DNA of 64,000 nucleotides from Bacteroidota bacterium (lineage in GTDB: Bacteria > Bacteroidota > Bacteroidia > UKL13-3), in NCBI GenBank assembly GCA_046309355.1, contig JBKCPL010000062.1, forward strand, positions 778-64,777. The letters are read 5' to 3'. The notes beneath the pieces are model-generated. The model searched no databases, had not been told where the DNA came from, and worked only from the letters and a program-made list of their open reading frames with translations. This document shows, in pieces, positions 18,501-29,300 of this stretch (position 1 is its first letter; each line of letters begins with the position of its first letter). A program made the translations under genes and the position numbers.

Positions 18501-21500
18501 CGTAGACTTGAACGGTATTATAGTGAGCAGCAGCACACAGGTTCCTTCGGTGACCTCACCTGCCGGCAGCAGAAGAATTAGAGGTGTGTATTGTGCTTCT
18601 GCAGCTACAAACACAGGCGATGAGGAAATATTCAATGTAAGTATTTCTACACTTAATAATTCATCTACATGTACCACGCTGGCACCTGGCCCCGGCTCAA
18701 TCACACAGCGCTATGCAAATTATACTACGCTGCCAGCTACAAATGTAGTAGCAGGACTATCCTATCCGCTTAGCGTGACCATTAACACGTGCGGAGGTTT
18801 TTACGGTGAAAAGTTAAATGCGTACATTGACTGGAATCAGGATGGTGACTTTGCCGATACACTGGAGACTGTAATGGATATAGCTTACGCTACCGGAACA
18901 GCGAATGCTGTTCGCACGCAAAATGTAACTGTTCCATGCTTTGCTATGGCGGGTACAACCATGATGCGCGTTGTTTATGTGGAGGACGTTAGCGCGCCTT
19001 CTTGTGGAACCTATACTTGGGGTGAAACGGAGGATTACACATTAAATGTATTGAATGTCCCTCCAGCATACACAGCATCTACTACCATTCAACAAACAGG
19101 TAGTACTTCAGCGGCTGCAACAAATGTGGCTATTTTACGTGTTCCGGTAAAAGTACTGTCCACTTCATGTCAACCCGGACAAATTACACAGCTCAATTTC
19201 AATACTGCAGGCACCACATCAACAGCTGATATCATAGCCGCGAAATTGTACAAAACAGGAAACAGTGGAGTTTTCAGTGTTTCCAATCTCATAGGTACAG
19301 TAACCGCACCTAGCGGAGCATTTGGTTTTAGTATAACGGATACTACAGTAAATGACACGAACAATTACTGGCTAGCTTACGATGTGTCGGGTACTGCACC
19401 TAACGCAAATGTGCTAGATGCACGATTTGACAGTGCGTTGGTTTTTGGCAACTGGTACACACCAGCCATTTCAGCACCCGCTGGCAATATTGTTATTGCT
19501 ACTCCGATGACATACTTATCATCCACATCATCACATCCAACTCTTTCTAAAATAGAACGTGGTACCACAAATAATCAAATGCTACGGATTCGGGTTATCA
19601 TGTCATCAACAGGTGCACCAGTATCATTAACACAGTTGAACCTGAGTGTTAATGGTTCATCCAATCCAACAACAAATATTGACAGTATCATGGTATGGTA
19701 TACCGGTAGTAATCCTAATTTTACTACGCCTACATTTTATGGAGGTACCGGAGCTCAGTCTGGTGCGTACAGTATTGCGGGTTTGCAAAGTTTGTTAAAT
19801 GACACCAATTACTTCTGGGTAACTTATCGTGTACCCGTAAGTGCGGTGGTAGGGGATTCGGTAGATGCCGAAATACAGACTCTGAATGTAGCAGGTACAC
19901 TGCAAACCCCATCTGTAACTGCACCGGCAGGTGCCCGCTTAATTCGCTCACCGTATTGTGCTGCCGGTGCAACAAGTACATTTGATGGCGAAATATGGAA
20001 TGTAACAGTAGGTTCGTTGAATAATACGTCTACATGTTTAACTACAGGTGGTCCCGGTTCAGTATTGGGAGGTTATTCTGATTACACTGCGGTAATAGCA
20101 CCAGTAAACTTGATTGTGGGAACCCAGGTTCCATTTTCAGTACATACAAGTACGTGCAATGGTAATTATACCGGGGTGTTGGGAATATGGATTGACTTTA
20201 ATGATGACGGAGACTTTACCGATCCGGGAGAGGAAGTACATATGTCACCCACTTTCACTTATGGAGCTACGGTATTCCGTACAGGTAATTTATCAATCCC
20301 TTGTGCTGCACCAGGTATTAAACGTATGAGGGTTACGTTGATGGAAACAACTATTACCCCAATTAGTCCTTGCGGTAGTTATGGCTATGGTGAAACGGAA
20401 GATTACACGGTAAATATTGTTTCGCTTCCACCAAGTTATACTTCGTCAACTACACTACAGCAAACCGGATCAACGTCTGCAGGCGCAACCAATATTCCCA
20501 TATTGAGAGTGCCGCTGAACGTTTTTGCAACAAGTTGCCAACCGGGAGTTATAACTCAGCTCAACTTTAATACTGCAGGTACTACATCTGCAGCGGACAT
20601 TGTAGCTGCCAAACTCTATAAAACAGGAAGTGCTAATACGTTCAGCGCATCCAATCTGGTTGGTACTGTTACATCACCAAGCGGTGCATTCAGTTTTTCA
20701 ATAACCGATACTGCTGTAAACGATTCCAATAACTACTGGCTCACGTATGATGTATCGGGTACAGCACCAAATGGAAATGTACTGGATGCACGTTTTGATA
20801 GTGCTCAGGTATTTGGCAGCTGGTATTTACCCATTGTTTCTAATCCAACAGGTAATGTTCTGGTATCGACTCCGATGGCATTTGTTTCAGCCACATCTAT
20901 TCATCCTACATTATCTAAAATAGAACGTGGAACAGCTAATAATCAGATGTTAAGAGTTCGCGTGATTATGTCATCAACGGGTGCTCCGGTACTGGCTACT
21001 CAACTGAATTTAAGCGTAGCGGGTTCTGCAAATCCGACTACCAATATTGACAGTATCATCGTTTGGTATACCGGATCAAATCCGAGTTTTGTATCCCCTG
21101 TATTCTTTGGTTCTACAGGAACTCAATCGGGTGCGTATACAATAACCGGTACTCGAAACTTACTGAACGACACAAACTATTTCTGGGTAACATACAGAGT
21201 TCCATCGGGAGCCACTGTAGGTGACTCCGTAGATGCAGAAATTGCAGACATTACAGTAGCGGGTATTCCTCAGGTTCCTGGTGTAACTGCACCAGCAGGT
21301 GCACGAACCATTCGTGGTGCGTATTGTCCATCAGTAGCGGGTACTACGGCTGATGGTGAAATCTGGAATGTAACTGTCGGTTCATTAAATAATTCCTCGA
21401 CTTGTACAACCACAGGTGGAACTGGTTCAACACTAAATTCATATTCGAATTACACAACTACAATAGCGGCTCCCCAATTCGCTGCGGGTGCTTATATACC

Positions 21501-23175
21501 TTTCTCTGTGAATACGAGTACATGTGGTGGCGATTACCCTGGAGTACTTGGTATTTGGATTGACTTTAACGATGATGGCGACTTTACCGATGCCGGTGAA
21601 GAGGTACATATGACACCAGTGTTTACTTATGGAACTGCTGTATTCCGTACTGGAGATATTGTTATCCCTTTAACAGCTAGTCCTGGATTGAAAAGAATGC
21701 GTGTAACACTGATTGAAACCGGTACAAGTCCGATAACTCCATGTCAGACTTATTTCTATGGTGAAACGGAAGACTATACGGTTGAAATTATGCCGGCACC
21801 TGCTCCAACTACTTATGTATGGAATCAGACCACTCCGGGATCATTTAGTACAGCAACGAACTGGACTCCGGGTCGTGTTGCACCAAATTTGAATGACCGT
21901 CTCATTTTCAGTGGTGGTGGTTCTGCAACAGTAAATGATTTAGTTAACCATAGTGTAAAGAATATTACGATTTCGAACAACACAACCGTGAATATGAATG
22001 CATCGGTAACTGCAACATTTAATGCCTGGGATACATTGGCACTTACTTCAGGTAAAGCCGTTACTGGTTTGAATGTAAATTTATCAATGGGCAGTAGAAA
22101 CGGTGTGGGTACACTAACCGGGTCAGGAACAGTTGAAGGGACCTTTACCCGCTGGGCTGACTTAGGATTGAGTACCTATTCCTTCCCATTGTCTCACACT
22201 AACCTTAGCAGAAATGTGGATATAACATTTAATGGCGCGCCTGCAACCACAGGAACAATTACAGCTACATTTGTGCCCGGTTTGCCCGGTACTACCGGTT
22301 TACCATTCAACGATGGATTGATTAACGTGAACAGAGTGGCCGAAAATGGATACTGGAATTTAACCAGTGGTAATGGATTAACATTCGGAACTGCTACTAA
22401 TTATAACCTGGCACTAACAGCCAACGGATTTAATGGTGTAGTAACCTTGGCTACATTAACGGTAGCCAGAAGGGTTAACAATACCAGCCCATGGGATACA
22501 GCAGGTACTTATGCAGCAGCTACCGGTACCAATGCCACACCTGTGGCTAATCGCTCTAACCTGCGCGTACTTGGCGATTTCACATTGGGTGGAGATTCCG
22601 CTACCAATCCGCTTCCAGTAAATTTGGTAAATCTTCAGGCCAGTTCAATAGGCGAAGATGTATTGGTAACTTGGACAACTGCCAGCGAATTAAACAATAA
22701 GGGCTTCATTGTTGAAAAATCAATGAATGGCGTTGACTTCGAAAGTATCGGATTTGTAAACGGAAAGGGTACAACAAATATTCAGGTAAACTATCAGTTG
22801 TTGGATGAAAAAGCCTTCGCAGTTGTTAATACAGTATACTACAGACTGCGTCAGGTTGATATGGATGGAACAGAACATCTGAGTAACATTGTACGTGCAA
22901 CCAAAACCGAACGCAGTATTGCTTCGACTACAGTAGCGCCTAATCCTTTCAATGGAATCACTCATCTGAATATTGTATCTGCTGAACAAGGAGAATACAC
23001 CATAACAATTTCCGACATTCAAGGTAAAACCATAGGTACTCGAGTGGTAAATGCCATAAAAGGCCTGAACACTATCAGCCTGACTGAAATGCAGCAGGCA
23101 GGTGCAGGAGTTTACTTCATACGAGTTTTAGGTACTGAAAGTACTACCATTAAAGTGGTAAAATCTGCTGAATAA
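15529..23175 (+). CDS. giant T9SS-secreted surface protein with repeated beta-sandwich modules and 3 GEVED-type domains
   Basis: 2548 aa with a signal peptide. It has three YC...WIDFNDDGDFTD...GETEDYT domains at about 18586-19050, 19954-20420 and 21313-21790, and repeated ...NYFWxTY... modules. The C-terminal T9SS CTD occupies 22933-23172 (GVYFIRVLGTESTTIKVVKSAE). Confidence 0.85.
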   Translation: MKTQVLTFKNLLLLIGALLLNIATQRIQAQTVYFAENFDSAFTGTPAAPPGWTQTRIQAVTSAAAEFDWLQNVWLGTTWSNLGTGTTPATGAVNGTGVLWIDDYNLGGTSIAQTERRLESPSFDLSTSTSPYMRFWYFNSEGSGLALNLRVVISTNGGTTWQTLSNVLNGYDSVTSSWNRISIPIPAKYRTTNVKIGFAIVNRWGSANPFIDAVSVEEFTPTIITSAASGNWNSAATWGGIVPTSSHHVVIQSTHTVTVGAATGIVARCQDLTINTGGTLNYSTTAANSLHVYGNVTVNGTLSALNGTSGRIMVVGGNFTIATGGVATFNTGAGTQGTTAVSTALTSTSSTLVLTNSAPASFTNSGTLSASTNRINNIIHLGSDTFTYNNTVVVPFTLALRNGPVNPNGFLTIGNAASATTFNTVQRVNGFFTSAPNFSNTNITSRITAYHLSNTVSVQPEQLTAGFEIEAIAGVRTVTGTLVMNTHDNVQVNYPLTIGTATTGGFTLTRGILITTDTIRLTSFLTPPTGVAPSTATPSTTHGSYVVGALRIDMPASNTTRTFAMGAGTLFNQLTPNGNILKSRSIAPGASWTAGTSITMRLLTGATGTVSTPVVSLLGSNVTQISLNNGPDVPGTTTITFNGINNYTLGGGVNSDNLFGNEDQLHLVQSPNITGPWATASAVSGTAIPFANNTNYSRTTTATVSPIATNGGFFTLGTQVGPVAYNTTILNRNTAPLTPGTAQPNVQMMRVNITTTGVIPGINATSFSMSTNGSTNLSNIVNAKVYFTGSDSNFSAINQFGTTFTSPSGRFIVSGTRQLLAGNNYFWITYDVPATASLGDSLTVSCDTIVVAGTPYSITQPSPGFRVFSLPMTYVSSTTTHPFTNPIEKNTNFHVIMRAEVVTSATGSPIPVTSFDLNTGSTSNPLTNIDSVIVWYTGTNGSYTTPVFFGGAGSVSGAFTVSGFQNLANNSNYFWITYRLKPGANVGDSVDVDLNGIIVSSSTQVPSVTSPAGSRRIRGVYCASAATNTGDEEIFNVSISTLNNSSTCTTLAPGPGSITQRYANYTTLPATNVVAGLSYPLSVTINTCGGFYGEKLNAYIDWNQDGDFADTLETVMDIAYATGTANAVRTQNVTVPCFAMAGTTMMRVVYVEDVSAPSCGTYTWGETEDYTLNVLNVPPAYTASTTIQQTGSTSAAATNVAILRVPVKVLSTSCQPGQITQLNFNTAGTTSTADIIAAKLYKTGNSGVFSVSNLIGTVTAPSGAFGFSITDTTVNDTNNYWLAYDVSGTAPNANVLDARFDSALVFGNWYTPAISAPAGNIVIATPMTYLSSTSSHPTLSKIERGTTNNQMLRIRVIMSSTGAPVSLTQLNLSVNGSSNPTTNIDSIMVWYTGSNPNFTTPTFYGGTGAQSGAYSIAGLQSLLNDTNYFWVTYRVPVSAVVGDSVDAEIQTLNVAGTLQTPSVTAPAGARLIRSPYCAAGATSTFDGEIWNVTVGSLNNTSTCLTTGGPGSVLGGYSDYTAVIAPVNLIVGTQVPFSVHTSTCNGNYTGVLGIWIDFNDDGDFTDPGEEVHMSPTFTYGATVFRTGNLSIPCAAPGIKRMRVTLMETTITPISPCGSYGYGETEDYTVNIVSLPPSYTSSTTLQQTGSTSAGATNIPILRVPLNVFATSCQPGVITQLNFNTAGTTSAADIVAAKLYKTGSANTFSASNLVGTVTSPSGAFSFSITDTAVNDSNNYWLTYDVSGTAPNGNVLDARFDSAQVFGSWYLPIVSNPTGNVLVSTPMAFVSATSIHPTLSKIERGTANNQMLRVRVIMSSTGAPVLATQLNLSVAGSANPTTNIDSIIVWYTGSNPSFVSPVFFGSTGTQSGAYTITGTRNLLNDTNYFWVTYRVPSGATVGDSVDAEIADITVAGIPQVPGVTAPAGARTIRGAYCPSVAGTTADGEIWNVTVGSLNNSSTCTTTGGTGSTLNSYSNYTTTIAAPQFAAGAYIPFSVNTSTCGGDYPGVLGIWIDFNDDGDFTDAGEEVHMTPVFTYGTAVFRTGDIVIPLTASPGLKRMRVTLIETGTSPITPCQTYFYGETEDYTVEIMPAPAPTTYVWNQTTPGSFSTATNWTPGRVAPNLNDRLIFSGGGSATVNDLVNHSVKNITISNNTTVNMNASVTATFNAWDTLALTSGKAVTGLNVNLSMGSRNGVGTLTGSGTVEGTFTRWADLGLSTYSFPLSHTNLSRNVDITFNGAPATTGTITATFVPGLPGTTGLPFNDGLINVNRVAENGYWNLTSGNGLTFGTATNYNLALTANGFNGVVTLATLTVARRVNNTSPWDTAGTYAAATGTNATPVANRSNLRVLGDFTLGGDSATNPLPVNLVNLQASSIGEDVLVTWTTASELNNKGFIVEKSMNGVDFESIGFVNGKGTTNIQVNYQLLDEKAFAVVNTVYYRLRQVDMDGTEHLSNIVRATKTERSIASTTVAPNPFNGITHLNIVSAEQGEYTITISDIQGKTIGTRVVNAIKGLNTISLTEMQQAGAGVYFIRVLGTESTTIKVVKSAE

Positions 23176-23202
23176 TAGGTAGGAGGTATTTTATACCCAC
23201 CG

Positions 23203-23240
23203 AAAAGAAGGCCGGCTTAAAAAGCCGGCCTTCTTTTTTA
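23203..23240 (+). terminator. intrinsic terminator between the two giant paralogs
   Basis: GAAGGCCGGCTTAAAAAGCCGGCCTTC (an 11-bp GC-rich stem) followed by TTTTTT. Confidence 0.75.
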
Positions 23241-23314
23241 TACATTCCCGTGATATTTGCACAGCATATTTTAAGGACTTTTAGTTATTTTAGCCGCTTG
23301 TTTAGCAACGGTTT

Positions 23315-26300
23315 ATGCACCCTTTTACATTTGTCAAATACATGAACACCGGAATAAAAATTCTTTTTACAGTTATCTTATTATCGTTCGGATTAAAACC
23401 TGTAGAAGCACAGGTATACCTAGCCGAAAGTTTTGAGAATGCATTCACTGGCAATCCTGCTGCGCCTGCAGGTTGGAGTCAATCACGAATACGCCCTGTT
23501 GTTACATCGGCCGAAAGAGACTGGGTACGTAATACTTTTAGTGTAGGGGCGTGGGCAATTACTGGTGGAACCTTGCCACCAAGTCCCGGAGCATTTCATG
23601 GAAACTCAGTATTGTTTTTACAAGATATCGGATTCGGTGGTGCAGCTTCACCGCTAACAGAACGTAGAATTTCATCGCCCGCTATGAATCTTAGTACAGC
23701 CACATCTCCATACGTGCGTTTCTACCTGTTCTACCCTCAGGATCCTTGTTTGAATATAAACCTTCGCGTGGTTATTTCACCTGATAACGGAACTACATGG
23801 CATACGTTATCCAATATTATGAGTGGCTTAAACACAACCACTTCTCCCAACCAATGGGCAAAAATCAATGTTCCTATACCTGCAAGATATCGTACAACAC
23901 AAACGCGTGTAGGTTTTGCCACAGTTAACCGAAACGGAGCAAATAATATTTTTATTGACTCTGTATCCGTTTTAGAATACACCCCTACAACCATTACTAG
24001 TGCTGCCAGCGGCAACTGGAATTTGCCTGCAAACTGGGTTGGTGGAGTTGTGCCTACATCTGATCATAATGTAGTTATTAGCAGCGGTCATACCATTACT
24101 GTAACTGTTGGACTGGCTAGTGGGGGTGTGCGTTGTCAGAATTTAACAATTAACTCCGGGGGTACGTTAACATACGGTGCAAACGGCAGTCAGCTGCTTC
24201 AGGTATTTGGCGATGTTACAGTATCAGGAACGTTATCTGCATTAAATGCTACCAACGGACGTATTTTGTATGTAGGTAAAAACTTTACTATCAATACAGG
24301 AGGTGTTGCAACTTTTAATACAGGTAATTCAACATTGGGAACATCTGCACCATTAGCTAACTTGCCGTTGAACACCTCGGGTATCGTATTTTGTAATAGT
24401 GATTCGGCAACATTCACCAACGCAGGAACATTAGCAGGTAGTCGGGTAAACAACATCTGGCATTTGGGGTCGAATGATGCGGTATTCCGCTATAATGATT
24501 CGGTTAGTGTACCCTTAACATTTACTTTGATAAACGGAAGAGTTGATGCAAATAGCAGACTAACGCTAGGTAACGCTGCTGTTGCTAATACAGTAAATTA
24601 TGTGTGGCGCACTAATGGTAGTTTTACATCAGCACCGGTATTTAATAATACAAACATAAACATACGCTGGATGCTATATCTGTCGGTATTTCAAAGTACT
24701 GTAACCCCTACCACACTCATAGCTGGTGAAGAACATCGAAATAATTCAGGGCGGGTAATTGAAGGTTATCTGACTATGAATACCCATAACAATGTAGAGT
24801 TGCAATACCCACTTTCATTTAGTGCTTTACATACTCCGTTTCTTCAACTGCAGCGTGGGATCTTACTAACCAGTCAGGCAAATCCGCTTATATTTTCTAG
24901 CAATTATGCAGGCACCACGGCATTGGCACCTAGTACAATTAATCCTAACCCCACCAATCATGGATCGTATGTAGTGGGCAGTATTCAAATAAACAGACCA
25001 ACAACAGGAAATCTTCAGGTATCGTTGCCATTTGGTATTGGATCAGCATTTAACGGGATTGCACCTAATGGTAATCAAGCACGTACCATAACTATTAATC
25101 CCGGTACTAACTGGAATGGAGAATCATTCTTATGCACATATAGTTCGGGCAATGCTACAAGCCGCAACGTAACAGGCAACCTAACAACTACAATGAGTAA
25201 CAAAATGTTGCGGATACAACCCTTGAATGGTGACTTACCCACAAACACTGTAGTATCCCTGACTGCCATCAATTATCCATTTGGCAACAGCGATAGTTTA
25301 GTGGGCCAACAAGGTCAGATGTTTGTGGTGCAGGGTAACTCCCCAAATGGTCCTTGGGTGCAGCGTTCATCTACGAATGGATTGGTATCGCCCTTTGTAA
25401 GCAATACGTTATACACATTGAATACGGCAGCAACCAGTCCCGGACCCATATCTCCCCTTTCATCCAATGGTCAGTACTTTCGATTTGCCACCTCAGCACC
25501 TGTAATGCAATATACAAGCAGTTCGGCTCAGCGGGTTACAGGAAATGTATCTGTCGGTACGGCTAATATGCCTATGCTTCGAATACGTGTTGACATTTCC
25601 GGAATTGTACCCATCAATATCACAGGACTAAATCTTTCAACTGCCGGAACATCAAATACAGCTGCTATTGCAAATGTTAAAGTGTTTTACACGGGTACAG
25701 ATTCTACATTCAACACACTTTTACCATTTGGAAATCCCGTTGCAACTCCTTCGGGAGCATTTACTGTAAGTGGTAATAGTCAGTTACGCACCGGTGCCAA
25801 CTTTTTTTGGATTGCATACGATGTGGCAACTGGTGCTGCACAGGGCGATAGTCTTATTGTGCAGTGCAGCAGCGTTATAGTGGCCGATACCGCCCGAACA
25901 GTAACTATGCCGAATGCTTCTTTTCGAATAGTAGGTACATCCATGGCGTTTATTTCAGCTAATGCATTTCAAACTGTAACTTCAAAGGTATTTACCGGAT
26001 CATTCAACAATGAGATTCTGCGGTTAGAGGTACTTATGTCGGATACAGGTGCGCCTGTACCCATCACACAAATGCAATTCAGAACATTAGGCTCAGCCAA
26101 TCCTCTTACAAATATTACCACCGCAACAGTGTATTACACCGGTGGCAGTGCCGTGTTCTCTCCCAATATACCTTTAGGTAATTTTAGTTCCCCTAACGAT
26201 ACGTTTATTGTAAGCGGTCAGTTAAATTTGCGTAACGGGATGAATTATTTCTGGCTTGCGTACGATATAAGTAGCACTGCCAGCATTACTGACTCAGTTG

Positions 26301-29300
26301 ACGGAGTCTTCATATCCCTAGGCGTTAATGGAAATAACATCGCACCCATATCAACAACACCAGCCGGAAACCGTAAAATCAAAGCCCAATATTGTCTGCC
26401 TACTTATACGCTCGGATGTGCCAGTGATTTCATTTCTCGTGTCCGATTAGAAACTATTGATAATATTACAACCTGTAATTCGCAAGGTTTTTATACCTAC
26501 TTTTCAAGTATTACACCTCCTACATTACTAGCCGGAAGAACATACACACTCAAATTAAATTTTAACAGTGAACCCAATCAGTTTGCACGAGCATGGGCTG
26601 ACTGGAATGAAGATGGAGACTTTGTGGATTCAGGAGAAGACTTGGGTATTCAGACTCCTGCGAATGCAGGAACGGGTGGTATGGCTTCTATTACCTTCAC
26701 TGTACCTTGTACCGCAACAAATTCTGTTACACGTTTGCGAATTCGTGGGGGCGATGATGCTCAACCGCAGGCTAATCAATCCTGCGGAGCATCATCCAAT
26801 GCCTATGGCGAAGGTGAAGACTATGACATAAATGTAGTTAGCGGAAACAGAGAGCATCTTGGTAATACTGCACTTCAACAAACAGGTGGAGCACCGGCCT
26901 CTACATTAAATACAGCCATCCTGCGTGTACCTGTAAAAGTAAAAGTAACAAACTGCAACCCGGGTGTAATCAATGAATTTCGATTCCGCACCACTGGAAC
27001 AACCAATACAGCAGATATCCTAAATGCTAAACTTTACAAAACAGGTTCGTCACCTGTATTCTCTGTTGCAAATCTTTTAGGCACTGTTGCTAGCCCATCA
27101 GGTGTATTTAGTTTTGTAGTTAACGACTCAGCTGTAAACGACACCAATAACTATTGGTTAACGTATGACATTGCCTCGACAGCACCTAACGGCAATTTAC
27201 TGGACGCAGTACTCGACAGTGTACGTGTTTTTAACAGCTGGTTCATACCGGCAAATGGTAATCCATCCGGATCAAGGACTGTGGCTACGCCTATGTCATT
27301 TATAGGTGCAAGTGCTGTGCATCCTACACCTGATAGAGTGGAGAGGGGAAGCGCAAACAATCCGATGCTTCGCATGATGGTAAGAACAACAAGCTTTGGT
27401 GCACCGATTAATGCCACTCAATTTACCCTAAGCACAGCAGGCTCACAAAATACATTTTTCAATCTCGATAGTATAATAGTTTGGTATACCGGAAGCAACG
27501 CTGAATTCGAAAATCCGGTATTATTCGGAGGCGTAGGAATGCAAACAGGTACATTTACAGTGAGTGGTATTCAAAGCTTGAATAATGATACAAATTACTT
27601 TTGGGTTACCTATAACATTCCTCCTTTTGCCAGTATAGGCGATACAATGGATGCGGAGTTTATCAATGTTACGATAGGTGGTACTTTGCAAACAACTTCT
27701 TCCGGAAACCCTGCAGGTTTTCGAATCATTCGTGCAGCCTATTGTGCTGCAGAAGCAGCCGGAGGAACAGATGCTGAAATTGTAGGCACATACATAGGGC
27801 CATTATCCAACGCATCGAACTGCTCTACGACCGGTGGGCCAGGATCTATTCAAAATTCGTACAGCAATTTCACTCAAATACTACCCGCTACTACTTTCAT
27901 CATGGGCAAAACATATCCTTTTTCCATAAATACTTCTACATGTAACGGCAGTTTTGATGCGGTGTTGGGAATTTGGGTTGACCTGAATCAGGACGGTGAT
28001 TTTAACGATGCCGGAGAAGAACTTCATATGTCACCAGTGTTTGCATACGGGGCTAATGTTATTCGTACCGGTACCATTACCATACCGTGCACTGCATTAA
28101 GCGGACGAACCCGGCTGCGAGTAATCATGAATGAAACATCCAGTGGGCCTATATCTGCGTGCGGTAGTTATACCTTCGGTGAAACGGAGGACTATTTGAT
28201 TAATTTGGTTAATGTGCCTACGAGTTACATAAGTAGTACCGTATTTCAGCAAAGCGGTTCGGCACCGTTTGGTGGTGTAGATGTGCCCGTACTTCGGGTA
28301 CCTGTAGTAGCAAACGCCAATTCATGTCAGCCGGGCACAATCACCCGATTATTCTTTACTACCGCTGGAACTACAACTACTTCTGATATTCTGAGTGCAA
28401 AACTTTATAAAACAGGAAGCAGCGCTACATTTAATACCAACACATTGCTAGGAACAGTAACATCACCCTCCGGATTATTCAGCTTTTTGTTAACTGACAC
28501 TGTACTTGACGACACCAATAATTACTGGCTTGCATACGATGTGTCTCTAACAGCAACCGGAAGCAATCTACTGGATGCAACATGCGACAGCATACTTGCA
28601 TTCGGCTCGCGTTTCATTCCGGCTGTTACCAATCCTGCTGGTGCGCTTTCTGTAACTGCGCCTATGACGTTTGTTGATGCTAATGCCTTACATCCAACCC
28701 TGCAGGTTATAAACAGCCCGTCAGCCAATAACCAAATGTTACGAATTATGATTCGTATGTCGGCCACTGGTGCGCCTGTTCCTGTTTCTCAATTTAACTT
28801 GAGCACCAACGGTTCTCAAAATCCGCTTGTAAATGCCGATAGCATTATTGTTTGGTACACCGGTTCTGGTTCAGCATTCACCTCTCCTGTATTTTTTGGG
28901 GGTGTTGGTCCTCGAAGCGGTAATTTCTCTATTACTGGATTACAGCCGCTGTTGAATGATACAAACTATTTTTGGATAACATACCGAGTACCACAAACTG
29001 CTATAATTGGCGATTCACTGGATGCAGAGTTAATTAATATAGTCGTTAATGGTGTAATCAGAACACCAATTAACGGAGCTCCTGCCGGAAAACGAAGAAT
29101 TAAAAACAGCTATTGTATTCCGGTTATTACTACCGGGTGCGGATTTGATATACTTGATTTGGTTACCACTACCGGTGCTACTACCAATCTAACGAATTCT
29201 TCCACCGGTTGTAACGGCAATCCAAATTCCTATCAGTTTAATACCTCGCAAACTCTCGTCATTACACAAGGTGCAACATTTACCATAAACCTGCGAGCCG

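Noticed and set aside
16038-19981. Numerous antisense or overlapping ORFs of 60-135 aa inside the giant genes (e.g. 16398-16682, 18000-18407, 19730-19981), and similar ones inside kup, prs, the thiolase and the TBDR.
   Set aside because: These are shadow ORFs created by the Thr/Gly/Val/Asn-rich codon bias of the sense frame. They are fully contained in well-supported genes and have no start or stop context of their own.
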